64,000 bases of DNA from Escherichia coli (GTDB lineage Bacteria; Pseudomonadota; Gammaproteobacteria; Enterobacterales; Enterobacteriaceae). This document shows, piece after piece, positions 35,745 to 54,756 of the stretch (the stretch's first letter is position 1; every line of letters begins with the position of its first letter). The stretch lies in the NCBI RefSeq assembly GCF_003018255.1, contig NZ_CP027440.1; one strand, given 5' to 3'. The notes beneath the pieces were generated by a model. The model was not told where the DNA came from and ran no database searches. It was given only the letters and a program-made list of their open reading frames with translations. The position numbers were made by a program, and so were the translations under genes.

Positions 35745-35985
35745 ATTCTTCGACCTCATTTTCCTGACGAATCTGATTTGCCCAACGCTGGGCGGATTCA
35801 GGCACAGTAAACGCCGGTGAGCGCAGAAATGACTCTCCCATCAGTACAAACGCAACATATTTGCCACGCAGCATCCAGACATCACGAAACGAATCCATCT
35901 TTATCGCATGTTCTGGCGGCGCGGGTTCCGTGCGTGGGACATAGCTAATAATCTGGCGGTTTTGCTGACGGAGCGGTTTCTTCAT
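35743..35985 (-). CDS. cedA: Cell-division modulator CedA
   Basis: ORF-track 87-aa frame trimmed to internal ATG at 35985 (MKKPLRQQNRQ...), 80 aa; upstream ATG at 36006 is an alternative. Confidence 0.8.
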   Translation of the reverse strand: MKKPLRQQNRQIISYVPRTEPAPPEHAIKMDSFRDVWMLRGKYVAFVLMGESFLRSPAFTVPESAQRWANQIRQENEVEE

Positions 35986-36188
35986 TACTGGCTTCACTAA
36001 ACGCATATTAAAAATCAGAAAAACTGTAGTTTAGCCGATTTAGCCCCTGTACGTCCCGCTTTGCGTGTATTTCATAACACCGTTTCCAGAATAGTTTCCG
36101 AAGCGGGATCTGGCTGGTGGTCTATAGTTAGAGGGTTTTTTGACCAAAACAGCGGCCCTTTCAGTAATAATTTAAGGAGACGAGTTCA

Positions 36189-38450
36189 ATGTCGCAACAT
36201 AACGAAAAGAACCCACATCAGCACCAGTCACCACTACACGATTCCAGCGAAGCGAAACCGGGGATGGACTCACTGGCACCTGAAGACGGATCTCATCGTC
36301 CAGCGGCTGAACCAACACCGCCTGGTGCACAACCTACCGCCCCAGGGAGCCTGAAAGCCCCTGATACGCGTAACGAAAAACTTAATTCTCTGGAAGACGT
36401 ACGCAAAGGCAGTGAAAATTATGCGCTGACCACTAACCAGGGCGTGCGCATCGCCGATGATCAAAACTCACTGCGTGCCGGTAGCCGTGGTCCAACGCTG
36501 CTGGAAGATTTTATTCTGCGCGAGAAAATCACTCACTTTGACCATGAGCGCATCCCGGAACGTATTGTTCATGCACGCGGATCAGCCGCTCACGGTTATT
36601 TCCAGCCATATAAAAGCTTAAGCGATATCACCAAAGCGGATTTCCTCTCAGATCCGAACAAAATCACCCCAGTATTTGTACGTTTCTCTACCGTTCAGGG
36701 TGGTGCTGGCTCTGCCGATACCGTGCGTGATATCCGTGGCTTTGCCACCAAGTTCTATACTGAAGAGGGTATTTTTGACCTCGTTGGCAATAACACGCCA
36801 ATCTTCTTTATCCAGGATGCGCATAAATTCCCCGATTTTGTTCATGCGGTAAAACCAGAACCGCACTGGGCAATTCCACAAGGGCAAAGCGCCCACGATA
36901 CTTTCTGGGATTATGTTTCTCTGCAACCTGAAACTCTGCACAACGTGATGTGGGCGATGTCGGATCGCGGGATCCCGCGCAGTTACCGCACCATGGAAGG
37001 CTTCGGTATTCACACCTTCCGCCTGATTAATGCCGAAGGGAAGGCAACGTTCGTACGTTTCCACTGGAAACCACTGGCAGGTAAAGCCTCACTCGTTTGG
37101 GATGAAGCACAAAAACTAACCGGACGTGACCCGGACTTCCACCGCCGCGAGTTGTGGGAAGCCATCGAAGCAGGCGATTTTCCGGAATACGAACTGGGCT
37201 TCCAGTTGATTCCTGAGGAAGATGAATTTAAGTTCGACTTCGACCTTCTTGATCCAACTAAACTTATCCCGGAAGAACTGGTGCCCGTTCAGCGTGTCGG
37301 CAAAATGGTGCTCAATCGCAATCCGGATAACTTTTTTGCCGAAAACGAACAAGCAGCATTCCATCCAGGTCATATTGTTCCTGGTCTGGACTTCACCAAT
37401 GATCCCCTGTTGCAGGGACGTTTGTTCTCTTATACCGATACACAAATCAGTCGTCTTGGTGGGCCGAATTTCCATGAGATTCCGATTAACCGTCCGACCT
37501 GCCCTTACCATAATTTCCAGCGTGATGGCATGCATCGTATGGGGATCGACACTAACCCGGCGAATTACGAACCGAACTCGATCAACGATAACTGGCCGCG
37601 CGAAACACCGCCGGGGCCGAAACGCGGCGGTTTTGAATCATACCAGGAACGCGTGGAAGGCAATAAAGTTCGCGAGCGCAGCCCATCATTTGGCGAATAT
37701 TATTCTCATCCGCGCCTGTTCTGGTTAAGTCAGACGCCGTTCGAGCAGCGCCATATTGTTGATGGTTTTAGTTTTGAGTTAAGCAAAGTAGTACGCCCGT
37801 ATATTCGTGAGCGCGTTGTTGACCAGTTGGCGCATATCGATCTTAACCTTGCGCAGGCGGTAGCAAAAAATCTCGGTATTGAGCTGACTGACGATCAACT
37901 GAATATTACGCCGCCACCGGACGTCAACGGGCTGAAAAAAGATCCTGCGTTAAGTCTGTACGCCATTCCTGACGGTGATGTGAAAGGTCGCGTGGTAGCG
38001 ATTTTGCTTAATGATGAAGTGAGATCGGCAGACCTTCTGGCCATTCTCAAGGCGCTGAAGGCCAAAGGCGTTCATGCCAAACTGCTCTATTCCCGAATGG
38101 GTGAAGTGACTGCGGATGACGGTACGGTGTTGCCTATAGCCGCTACCTTTGCCGGTGCGCCTTCGCTGACGGTCGATGCGGTCATTGTCCCTTGCGGCAA
38201 TATCGCGGATATCGCTGACAACGGCGATGCCAACTACTATCTGATGGAAGCCTACAAACACCTTAAACCGATTGCGCTGGCAGGAGACGCGCGCAAGTTT
38301 AAAGCAACAATCAAGGTCGCTGACCAGGGTGAAGAAGGGATTGTGGAAGCTGACAGCGCCGACGGTAGTTTTATGGATGAACTGTTAACGCTGATGGCAG
38401 CACACCGCGTGTGGTCACGTATTCCTAAGATTGACAAAATTCCTGCCTGA
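36189..38450 (+). CDS. katE: Catalase HPII
   Basis: 753-aa ORF recognised as large-subunit monofunctional catalase. Confidence 0.97.
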   Translation: MSQHNEKNPHQHQSPLHDSSEAKPGMDSLAPEDGSHRPAAEPTPPGAQPTAPGSLKAPDTRNEKLNSLEDVRKGSENYALTTNQGVRIADDQNSLRAGSRGPTLLEDFILREKITHFDHERIPERIVHARGSAAHGYFQPYKSLSDITKADFLSDPNKITPVFVRFSTVQGGAGSADTVRDIRGFATKFYTEEGIFDLVGNNTPIFFIQDAHKFPDFVHAVKPEPHWAIPQGQSAHDTFWDYVSLQPETLHNVMWAMSDRGIPRSYRTMEGFGIHTFRLINAEGKATFVRFHWKPLAGKASLVWDEAQKLTGRDPDFHRRELWEAIEAGDFPEYELGFQLIPEEDEFKFDFDLLDPTKLIPEELVPVQRVGKMVLNRNPDNFFAENEQAAFHPGHIVPGLDFTNDPLLQGRLFSYTDTQISRLGGPNFHEIPINRPTCPYHNFQRDGMHRMGIDTNPANYEPNSINDNWPRETPPGPKRGGFESYQERVEGNKVRERSPSFGEYYSHPRLFWLSQTPFEQRHIVDGFSFELSKVVRPYIRERVVDQLAHIDLNLAQAVAKNLGIELTDDQLNITPPPDVNGLKKDPALSLYAIPDGDVKGRVVAILLNDEVRSADLLAILKALKAKGVHAKLLYSRMGEVTADDGTVLPIAATFAGAPSLTVDAVIVPCGNIADIADNGDANYYLMEAYKHLKPIALAGDARKFKATIKVADQGEEGIVEADSADGSFMDELLTLMAAHRVWSRIPKIDKIPA

Positions 38451-38455
38451 TGGGA

Positions 38456-38475
38456 GGCGGCGCAGTTGCGCCGCC
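38456..38475 (+). terminator. Perfect hairpin immediately after the katE stop
   Basis: ggcggcgc-agtt-gcgccgcc, 8-bp GC stem; no strong U-run, so it may be a REP-like palindrome rather than a classic terminator. Confidence 0.4.
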
Positions 38476-38499
38476 TCAAATGATTTACATAGTGCGCTT

Positions 38500-38700
38500 T
38501 GTTTATGTCGGATGCGGCGTGAACGCCTTATCCGGCCTACAAAACTGTGCAAATTCAATATATTGCAGGAAAAACGTAGGCCTGATAAGCGAAGCGCATC
38601 AGGCAGTTTTGCGTTTGTCAGCAGTCTCAAGCGGCGCAGTTACGCCGCCTTTGTAGGAATTAATCGCCGGATGCAAGGTTCACGCCGCATCTGGCAAACA
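38500..38700. repeat. BIME / RIP element (REP - IHF-site - inverted REP, plus an additional REP-like palindrome)
   Basis: gtcggatgcggcgtgaacgccttatccggcctac (REP), then aaaactgtgcaaattcaatatattgcagg (IHF-site-like core), then gtaggcctgataagcgaagcgcatcaggc (inverted REP), plus cgccggatgcaaggttcacgccgcatctggc further on. Confidence 0.7.
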
Positions 38701-38707
38701 TCCTCAC

Positions 38708-39478
<771 letters not shown>

Positions 39479-40831
39479 TTAATGTGCTTTTTTAAGCTCT
39501 GCGATGCAGTCGGCAAAATTTGGCAACCATTTCTCGTGCGCCAGAATCATCTCGCGTGCCAGCAGCTCAGCATCGCGATCGGAATGCACCAACGGACTAA
39601 GGTTTAGGGCCAGTAACACATCGTTAAACTCTCCGCTAAGTGCGGCGTTGCTGGCAGCAATCTCGAAGCCTTTAATGGTGTGAATCAGCCCCATCACTTT
39701 ATCATCGAAATGCGTAATGCGCGGATGTGGCGTCGCGCCATCGCGCCCCAGCGTACAGGTCATTTCTACCGCCCAGTCTGCCGGAATATTATCAATATGC
39801 CCATGATGCGGGATATTAACGTAATGTTCAGCTTGCTTGTCGTTGTAGATAGCGTTGATCACTTCGCACGCTGCATCAGAGTAATAAGCCCCACCGCGCT
39901 GTTCCAGTTCTTTCGGCTTAACTTTCAACTCCGGGTTTTTATATAGCTCAAAAAGTTGTTTCTCGACTTTCTGTACTACCTGCGCTCGTGCGCCGCCTTT
40001 GTAGTATTCGCCCATTTCAATAGCCAGCATCTCTTTTTGCTTGAAGTAATAAAGCAAATAAGAACACGGCAACAGATTCATAGAACGAATTAAGCCTTCG
40101 CTAAATGGCAGATCGAAAATATTTTTAACGCCAGATGCTTTTAACTGCCCGGATGCCACACCATCAAGCAATTCGGCAAAGCGTGATTTGCCATTTACCA
40201 GCACATCCTTAATGAACACCATATGGTTGAGGCCGAACAGATCGATAGATAAATCATCGCTGTCTTTCAGCATCAGAACATCGCGAATAAACATCTTCAT
40301 GCCGATCGGAATATTACACACGCCGATAAAGCGTTTAAATCCGGTATGACGATAAACGGCTTCAGTGACCATTCCCGCCGGGTTAGTGAAGTTAATCACC
40401 CATGCATTCGGACATAGTTCTTCGACATCTTTTACGATGTCAAAAATCACCGGAATGGTACGCAGACCTTTAAACAGACCGCCCGCACCGTTAGTTTCCT
40501 GACCAAGATAACCATGACTTAATGGAATACGTTCATCCAGTTCGCGCGCCGGTAATTGGCCAACGCGCAGTTGGGTAGTAACGAAATCAGCATCTTTCAA
40601 TGCTTCGCGGCGATCCAGCGTTTTATAAAGCTTCATCGGGACGCCAGCGTTATCAATCATCCGTTGGCAGAGATCAAAAATAATATCCAGTTTCGCTTTA
40701 CCACCTTCGACATCCACCAGCCATAATTCGCTGACCGGCAATTCGTGATAACGCTTAATAAATCCTTCCAGTAACTCCGGGGTATAGCTGCTCCCGCCAC
40801 CAATAGTGACGACTTTTAATTTCTGGCTCAT
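39479..40831 (-). CDS. chbF: 6-phospho-beta-glucosidase (GH4, NAD/Mn-dependent)
   Basis: ORF-track frame trimmed to ATG at 40831 (MSQKLKVVTIGGGSSYTPEL...) preceded by GGGAGA; 450 aa. Confidence 0.93.
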   Translation of the reverse strand: MSQKLKVVTIGGGSSYTPELLEGFIKRYHELPVSELWLVDVEGGKAKLDIIFDLCQRMIDNAGVPMKLYKTLDRREALKDADFVTTQLRVGQLPARELDERIPLSHGYLGQETNGAGGLFKGLRTIPVIFDIVKDVEELCPNAWVINFTNPAGMVTEAVYRHTGFKRFIGVCNIPIGMKMFIRDVLMLKDSDDLSIDLFGLNHMVFIKDVLVNGKSRFAELLDGVASGQLKASGVKNIFDLPFSEGLIRSMNLLPCSYLLYYFKQKEMLAIEMGEYYKGGARAQVVQKVEKQLFELYKNPELKVKPKELEQRGGAYYSDAACEVINAIYNDKQAEHYVNIPHHGHIDNIPADWAVEMTCTLGRDGATPHPRITHFDDKVMGLIHTIKGFEIAASNAALSGEFNDVLLALNLSPLVHSDRDAELLAREMILAHEKWLPNFADCIAELKKAH

Positions 40832-40934
40832 AATTTCTCCCTTCAGTACAGAATTCTGATATCTGGCATATCTGCCCCCCGGACATAAATAATCCAGCAA
40901 CAGGACAGATATGTGAATTGTCAGGTATAACGAC

Positions 40935-41777
40935 TTACTGATTAAATTCAGTCAATTTCTTACGATAGCTCTTAGGCGTAAAGGATGTTAATTTCTTAAA
41001 CGTTTTAATAAACAAGCTCGGGCTACTATAACCGGCCTCAAACGCAATATCCGTCACTGAATAGTTGGTCATTTCCAGTTGTTTTTTGGCAAAATTAATA
41101 CGGATTTCATTAATAATCTGCATTGGCGTTTTACCATAGTATCGTTGAGTCGCTCGCGTCAAATATTCCTGTGATTTGGCTGACAACGTCACCATATTCT
41201 CCAGCGCCGATTCACTAAACTGCTCTTTATCATGCATCTTTTCTACCGTACTTTTCAGCCACTGCGGTATATCATCAATCACCTGTTCTTCGCGGTAATG
41301 ACGTAAACGGTTAATGACATAAAAAGTAACCATCTCAACAAACTCTTCCAGCCCTGTTTCGCGGAAATTCAATGAAGAAATCACTGTTTCCACATAGGTG
41401 AGAAAAGCGTTATTGGTCCGGTATACCTGCGAAGCGACAAAGCAATAAGGCAACAACGGCAGGTAATGCTGCTCAAAAAAGCGTTTACTGATCCCAACGT
41501 TCAATATACGCGTGGCACCAAATTCATAAAAACTTTGATGGTGCGAACCTAACGGAATAAAAACAAAATCGCCCCGTTCCAGTAACACGCGCTTACCGTT
41601 AATCTCCTGGAAATAACGCCCGGTTAATACCAGAGTAAATTCATAATAGTCGTGCTGATGCAGTCCGCTGATACTCTCAGTTTTATTGTAGATAAACACA
41701 TGGAAATTTTTGCCATTAAACAACTGCTGTTCTCGGGCAGTGGCAATTTCCAGCGCGTTAATCACTGGCTGCATCAT
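40935..41777 (-). CDS. chbR: AraC-family dual regulator of the chb operon
   Basis: 280-aa ORF recognised as ChbR. Confidence 0.9.
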   Translation of the reverse strand: MMQPVINALEIATAREQQLFNGKNFHVFIYNKTESISGLHQHDYYEFTLVLTGRYFQEINGKRVLLERGDFVFIPLGSHHQSFYEFGATRILNVGISKRFFEQHYLPLLPYCFVASQVYRTNNAFLTYVETVISSLNFRETGLEEFVEMVTFYVINRLRHYREEQVIDDIPQWLKSTVEKMHDKEQFSESALENMVTLSAKSQEYLTRATQRYYGKTPMQIINEIRINFAKKQLEMTNYSVTDIAFEAGYSSPSLFIKTFKKLTSFTPKSYRKKLTEFNQ

Positions 41778-41784
41778 CGACTCC

Positions 41785-42135
41785 TTATGCCTTCAGTTTT
41801 TCATGAAGCTCAATTAATTCAGTAATCAGTTCACGCGCAAGCATGGACGTCATTAAATGATCCTGAGCGTGGACCAGCACCAGACTCACTTTCATCTTAC
41901 CTTCGCCCGCATCGCCTTCAATCAGTTTCGTCTGTACCAGATGCGCTTCATTCAATGCCATCCGTGACTGATCCATCATGGTTTTTGCTGCGGCAAAATC
42001 GCCCTGCTTCGCCTGTTTCAGTGCCGCATACGCCAGGCTGCGCGCTTGTCCGGAGTTGATGATAAGCCCCATCACCACTTCTTCCAGCTCTTCAACTTCC
42101 GTTTGCGTATCGGGAATATTATCGAGATCCATCAT
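41785..42135 (-). CDS. chbA: PTS chitobiose-specific EIIA component
   Basis: 116-aa ORF recognised as lactose/cellobiose-family EIIA. Confidence 0.93.
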   Translation of the reverse strand: MMDLDNIPDTQTEVEELEEVVMGLIINSGQARSLAYAALKQAKQGDFAAAKTMMDQSRMALNEAHLVQTKLIEGDAGEGKMKVSLVLVHAQDHLMTSMLARELITELIELHEKLKA

Positions 42136-42185
42136 ACATCGTTCCTCTCTATTCTTACCGGCACGATTACCCGTACCGGCATCGA

Positions 42186-43544
42186 TTAAAATTTCAGGGC
42201 GTTAGCGATATCTTCTTCGCTCTCTTCTTTATCAATCGCGTTTTGTGCTTTGTTAGCCACCACAACAAAGGGCAGATAAATTAACGTTGCGATACCAAGG
42301 TTGAAGAGTGCGACCAGCAATGCGGCGACGCTACCGTTGGTGTTAAAGAAGGCTCCCAGACCGGTTGGCATGGTCCACGGTGCAATATTGGTCACCGGAG
42401 GAATAATGCCCATGTAGTAAGCTGCGAGGGTGATTGCCGCCAGAATCGGTTGTACCAGTACAAACGGAATAAACATCACCGGGTTCATGATAATTGGCAG
42501 ACCAAACAGAATCGGTTCGTTAATCTGGAAGATGCCGGACGGCAGCGCCAGTTTTGCCACCTGACGATAATCAGCACGGCGAGAGGCGATAAAGATAGCC
42601 AGGATCAGACCTAAAGTCGCACCACTGCCCCCAAGGAAAATAAAGGAGTCCAGCATCGGCTTGGCCCAGATATGGAAGGTCTTACCGGCTGCCAGCGCCG
42701 CTTCGACGGAACCATATTGCTGATAGGTCGCGATATTTTCCAGCGCCCACGGCGTCATAATGCCGTTGTCCAGTGCGGTCAGCGCCAGCGCACCATGAAT
42801 ACCGAAGAACCAGAGCAGTGGAACAAAGATCACATAGGCCCAGCCCACCACGCTACCCAACGATGCCAGTGGGGTTGAGATGGTATCCATAATGATCTGA
42901 TGGAAGTTGGTGCCCCAGGTATTCAACGCCCAGGCAATAATCCCCATCACGGAAAGAATAATAAAGCCGGGAATTAAAGCCGAGAAGGAACGCGATACTG
43001 AAGCAGGTACGCTATCGGGCAATTTAATGACCCAATTGCGGTGGACAATAAAGGTAAACATTTCTGCCACCGCCAGGCCAATAATAATCCCGGAGATGAT
43101 ATTCGCCCCACCTAACCAGTTTGCGCCAACCGCATAGGCCTCACCGACACTATATGGGGTGACGGTCATAAATGCTGCAACAGATAACAACCCAGCCGCC
43201 AGCGCATCGACTTTACGCTCTTCTGCCAGCGCCATGCCAATAAAGAACGGTGCCATTAAAGACATTATCCCTAATGTTCCGTTATATACGTTGCCGCCAA
43301 TACCTTTCAGACCATTAAGTGTTTCAATGGTTGAGGCATCCAGGCGAATACCTAAGGAATAAAAAAACGACCCCTCCCCAAAGCTTAGAAAAACGTTGTT
43401 AATTAATACAAACATGGCCCCCGCAAGGGTTAACGGCATTAAGCGAATAAAGCCATTTTTGATTGCATTAACGTGTGGCTGCTTTCCTATTTTAACTGCA
43501 AAAGGGAGGAGTACCTTTTCAAGCGATGCAATAACATTACTCAT
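42186..43544 (-). CDS. chbC: PTS chitobiose-specific EIIC permease
   Basis: 452-aa polytopic ORF recognised as ChbC. Confidence 0.95.
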   Translation of the reverse strand: MSNVIASLEKVLLPFAVKIGKQPHVNAIKNGFIRLMPLTLAGAMFVLINNVFLSFGEGSFFYSLGIRLDASTIETLNGLKGIGGNVYNGTLGIMSLMAPFFIGMALAEERKVDALAAGLLSVAAFMTVTPYSVGEAYAVGANWLGGANIISGIIIGLAVAEMFTFIVHRNWVIKLPDSVPASVSRSFSALIPGFIILSVMGIIAWALNTWGTNFHQIIMDTISTPLASLGSVVGWAYVIFVPLLWFFGIHGALALTALDNGIMTPWALENIATYQQYGSVEAALAAGKTFHIWAKPMLDSFIFLGGSGATLGLILAIFIASRRADYRQVAKLALPSGIFQINEPILFGLPIIMNPVMFIPFVLVQPILAAITLAAYYMGIIPPVTNIAPWTMPTGLGAFFNTNGSVAALLVALFNLGIATLIYLPFVVVANKAQNAIDKEESEEDIANALKF

Positions 43545-43628
43545 AGAAAAATACCCTTTAAAACCGCAATTTAAATATTGCGGTATTGATTTATGAAATA
43601 ACTCTTTGACGGGAAAATTTAAAATAAA

Positions 43629-43949
43629 TTAATTTGCTGCGGCTTTTTTAATCGCTGCAACCGCAGCCTTAAGCACGCCTAAACCATCGACTTTGCCATA
43701 AAGCAGCGAGTCAATTACTTCAACCGGTTTGTTGGGTAACAAACGCTGGATTTCGGGCAACATATAAGCAATCTGCGGCCCTAATAACACGACATCGGCA
43801 TTCTGACCTTTTTCACCAGCCAGTGTTTCCGGAAATGCTTCAATAATGACCGGAACTTCATATTTTTCTGCCTGTGCGCGCATTTTTGATACCAGTAAAG
43901 AGGTAGACATGCCCGCAGAACAAAACAGATAAATGTGTTTCTTTTCCAT
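43629..43949 (-). CDS. chbB: PTS chitobiose-specific EIIB component
   Basis: 106-aa [23 protein letters not shown]... with the phosphorylatable Cys in FCSAGMSTS. Confidence 0.95.
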   Translation of the reverse strand: MEKKHIYLFCSAGMSTSLLVSKMRAQAEKYEVPVIIEAFPETLAGEKGQNADVVLLGPQIAYMLPEIQRLLPNKPVEVIDSLLYGKVDGLGVLKAAVAAIKKAAAN

Positions 43950-44190
43950 AAAACTGCCCTCATCGACGATTATCTGTCAGCCAGACACTCCGCAAGCCTT
44001 AACCTGCTTCCATGCTCTGGGTAACTTGCGAAACCAACATGACTTTTTTTGTGGCTGAAAGGAGTATACGGTATAGGCCTGAGCAATAGTATTTCTTTGA
44101 CCTTATAAATTGTCTCTCCTTGACCTGTGGTTATGACCCTCTTCACATTTCGGGCAAATAATTCGCGAAGATAATTAAGAACACAGGCCA
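43950..44190 (-). promoter_or_regulatory. chbB upstream control region (operon promoter; NagC/ChbR/CRP sites expected)
   Basis: Assigned from operon architecture and established knowledge; individual sites not mapped here. Confidence 0.3.
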
Positions 44191-44215
44191 AAAAAAACCG
44201 GCGCAATGGCCGGTT
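44189..44215 (-). terminator. osmE terminator
   Basis: ccggc-gcaatg-gccgg hairpin; on the minus strand it is followed by a U-run (plus-strand aaaaaaa at 44191-44197). Confidence 0.55.
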
Positions 44216-44247
44216 TCCGTTGTTACTCAAGCTTTCAGGCGAAGTGA

Positions 44248-44586
44248 TTACTTCGTAGCCTGTGGATCAGTGTCGTATTCAGCACAGGTCTGATAACCGG
44301 AGTTGATGACATGTCCGGTATCATCTAACGCGACAAAGTAGGTTTCTGCTTTACCATCACGTTGACCCAGGATGTAGGTCTGGCAAGTACCACGAGCATG
44401 GATCATGCTCACTTCAGACGAAGGTTTACCCGCAATTTGTGCAACCTGCGCCCGGCTCATGCCTTTTTTGACGTCTTTCACCACAGGCTGTACAAACTGG
44501 TCTTTGGTACGATCATAAGCCGTACAACCCGCCAGCATGGTTAATACCGCCGCTGCACTCAGAATTCCTGCCATATTCTTGTTCAT
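44248..44586 (-). CDS. osmE: Osmotically inducible lipoprotein E
   Basis: 112-aa ORF with lipobox (LAGC) after a signal peptide; recognised as OsmE. Confidence 0.9.
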   Translation of the reverse strand: MNKNMAGILSAAAVLTMLAGCTAYDRTKDQFVQPVVKDVKKGMSRAQVAQIAGKPSSEVSMIHARGTCQTYILGQRDGKAETYFVALDDTGHVINSGYQTCAEYDTDPQATK

Positions 44587-44787
44587 ATTCCGTCCTCTTG
44601 TTTATCAGCGTGTTAGATAAGCCTGGAATACATTGGGCGCTTTTTCAAGCCCGTGAACGAAACGGCTCCGCTTTCAGAGGATTCCTGTATGACGTTTTAA
44701 CCACCATTCAGCCCGCTGTCGCTTGTCGTTTCAGTAGCAACGGGTTAGCTTTAAGGAAGTTTTGTCTTTTCTGTCTGGAGGGGTTCA

Positions 44788-45615
44788 ATGACATTGCAAC
44801 AACAAATAATAAAGGCGCTGGGCGCAAAACCGCAGATTAATGCTGAAGAGGAAATTCGTCGTAGTATCGATTTTCTGAAAAGCTACCTGCAAACTTATCC
44901 GTTCATTAAATCACTGGTGCTCGGGATCAGCGGCGGTCAGGACTCCACACTTGCCGGTAAGCTGTGCCAGATGGCGATTAATGAGCTGCGCCAGGAGACC
45001 GGCAACGAATCACTGCAATTTATTGCCGTACGCCTGCCCTATGGTGTTCAGGCCGACGAACAAGATTGCCAGGATGCCATTGCCTTTATTCAACCGGATC
45101 GCGTATTAACCGTTAATATCAAGGGCGCGGTATTGGCCAGCGAACAGGCGCTGCGCGAAGCGGGTATTGAATTAAGTGATTTTGTCCGTGGCAATGAAAA
45201 AGCGCGTGAGCGGATGAAAGCACAATATAGCATTGCGGGTATGACCAGCGGTGTCGTGGTGGGCACCGATCATGCTGCAGAAGCCATTACCGGATTCTTC
45301 ACTAAATATGGTGACGGCGGTACGGATATTAATCCGCTGTATCGTCTCAACAAACGCCAGGGTAAACAGTTACTGGCGGCATTAGGTTGCCCGGAACACC
45401 TTTATAAGAAAGCCCCAACGGCCGATCTGGAAGATGATCGCCCTTCTCTGCCAGATGAAGTGGCACTCGGCGTGACCTATGACAATATCGACGACTATCT
45501 GGAAGGGAAAAACCTACCTGAACAGGTCGCCAGAACAATAGAGAACTGGTATCTGAAAACCGAACATAAACGCCGTCCGCCAATTACCGTTTTCGATGAT
45601 TTCTGGAAAAAGTAA
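44788..45615 (+). CDS. nadE: NH3-dependent NAD+ synthetase
   Basis: 275-aa ORF with PP-loop SGGQDS; recognised as NadE. Confidence 0.97.
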   Translation: MTLQQQIIKALGAKPQINAEEEIRRSIDFLKSYLQTYPFIKSLVLGISGGQDSTLAGKLCQMAINELRQETGNESLQFIAVRLPYGVQADEQDCQDAIAFIQPDRVLTVNIKGAVLASEQALREAGIELSDFVRGNEKARERMKAQYSIAGMTSGVVVGTDHAAEAITGFFTKYGDGGTDINPLYRLNKRQGKQLLAALGCPEHLYKKAPTADLEDDRPSLPDEVALGVTYDNIDDYLEGKNLPEQVARTIENWYLKTEHKRRPPITVFDDFWKK

Positions 45616-45654
45616 TAATTTGCACATATTGGTTTGTGCGAAAAAGAGTACTTT

Positions 45655-45760
45655 GTTCACGCCGGATGCGGCGTGAACGCCTTACTCGACCTACAAAACT
45701 ATGCAAATTCAATACATTGCAGGAGTCGAATAGGCCTGACAGGCGTAGCACGTCAGACGG
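45655..45760. repeat. RIP / BIME element (second copy in the window)
   Basis: gccggatgcggcgtgaacgccttactcgacctac + aaaactatgcaaattcaatacattgcagg + aataggcctgacaggcgtagcacgtcagacgg; near-identical in its core to the element at about 38508-38612. Confidence 0.7.
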
Positions 45761-45844
45761 TGTAACCTTTGTCATCGACCCGCCTCTTTTTTAATCGCTC
45801 TCCGCCTGTTACACTGGATAGATAACCAGCATTCGGAGTCAACA

Positions 45845-47345
<1,501 letters not shown>

Positions 47346-47380
47346 TTAGTGGCGATCAGGCTTTTTTTGCATCTGTTTGA

Positions 47381-47460
47381 GAACAAAAAAGAAAACCGCC
47401 GATCCTGTCCACCGCATTACTGCAAGGTAGTGGACAAGACCGGCGGTCTTACGTTTTTTG
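47381..47460 (-). terminator. spy terminator: long compound hairpin with flanking A/T tracts
   Basis: accgccg...gtccac...gtggac...cggcggt nested stems (47394-47447) flanked by aacaaaaaagaaa and cgttttttg. Confidence 0.55.
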
Positions 47461-47469
47461 GCTGAAAGA

Positions 47470-47955
47470 TTATTCAGCAGTTGCAGGCATTTTACCTTTT
47501 GCCGCTGGACGTTCTGTCAGACGCTTCTCAAAATTAGCATTAAATTGCTTTTTCTGTTCCGGCGTCAGGATGTTGTAAATCTTGTTCTGGGTTTCCATGT
47601 GCGCCAGCATGTTAGCTTTGCGCTGTTCTTCCATTTTTGCGATCTGCGCTTCAGCTTTTGCTTTATCGAAGGTATCGCTGGCAATGATGTCATGCATTGC
47701 GCGGCGTTCTTCCAGCGGCGGACGTTTCATCTGGTCACGCTGGCCTTTCATGATTTCGCGGATCTGCTGTTTCTGCGCGTCGGTCAGGTTCAGGTCTTTG
47801 AACATCATGTCCTGATGCGGACCGAACTTGCCTTTGTGGTGCATCATCGGCTTCGCGTCAGCCGGTGCTGAGGTAGTGGTGTCTGCGGCATGGGCCAGGT
47901 TAGCCGCGCCAAGAGCCAGGGTAGAGGCAACAAACAGTGCAGTTAATTTACGCAT
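47470..47955 (-). CDS. spy: Periplasmic ATP-independent chaperone Spy
   Basis: 161-aa ORF with signal peptide; recognised as Spy (CpxP-like). Confidence 0.95.
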   Translation of the reverse strand: MRKLTALFVASTLALGAANLAHAADTTTSAPADAKPMMHHKGKFGPHQDMMFKDLNLTDAQKQQIREIMKGQRDQMKRPPLEERRAMHDIIASDTFDKAKAEAQIAKMEEQRKANMLAHMETQNKIYNILTPEQKKQFNANFEKRLTERPAAKGKMPATAE

Positions 47956-48110
47956 ATTCTATATCCTTCCTTTCAGTTATTTATTACGGCTTTCTTAAGT
48001 AGCGTGCCGTGTTGACGAGATTAACTTTACTGACTTTAGCGTCAATTAATCAGAGCAACGGTAAAACAATGAAAGTGTAAAAAACACTTTTGCGCCAATT
48101 ATGGAGAAAA
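47956..48110 (-). promoter_or_regulatory. spy promoter region (CpxR/BaeR-controlled)
   Basis: Assigned from established knowledge of spy regulation and position; sites not individually mapped. Confidence 0.3.
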
Positions 48111-48256
48111 AAAGAAAATTTGATGGAGAGTAATGAGAGAATATTACAACACGATGATTTTGCAGAGATTATGAAGAACTATACCGGATGACTGGTGATA
48201 AATAAAGCAAATAACCAGGATTAATCTGTATTAATTTATAAGAAAGTAACTTAATA

Positions 48257-48278
48257 CCCGCAGAATGATTTCTGCGGG
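48257..48278 (-). terminator. Hairpin immediately downstream of astE
   Basis: cccgcaga-atgatt-tctgcggg, 8-bp stem, 7 nt after the astE stop. Confidence 0.5.
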
Positions 48279-48284
48279 TAAGTA

Positions 48285-54348
<6,064 letters not shown>

Positions 54349-54384
54349 TTAATAATAAGTAATGTTAGCGCTGTAAATGTAGAT

Positions 54385-54400
54385 TGCAGGGTTCGTGCCA
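54385..54400 (-). promoter_or_regulatory. sigma54 (-24/-12) promoter of astCADBE
   Basis: Reverse complement reads TGGCACgaaccCTGCA, i.e. GG-N10-GC with the canonical TGGCAC and TGCA elements, about 70 nt upstream of the astC ATG. Confidence 0.7.
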
Positions 54401-54756
54401 GCCAGTGATAAAAGTGCATAAATCGCGGAGGCTAACTGGAAATCAAGGAGTTATAACCAAACATATGCATTTAAAGTGCATATAAAGTGAATACGTTTGC
54501 GATGTGGGTGAATAAAAAGAATAAAAAACGCAATGTTATGCAGAAGTGAAATATAATTCTGAAATTGTGATCATTGACGAAATTTACTGGAAATTACTGC
54601 GCCATTCTGACGCAACGCGCACCAAAAGCGGGCATTTTTTGCGCCATCGTTGACATCATTAACAACCATCGATCAAATCACTTAACAACAGGCGGTAAGC
54701 AAAGCGAAATTCTGCTACCATCCACGCACTCTTTATCTGAATAAATGGCAGCGACT

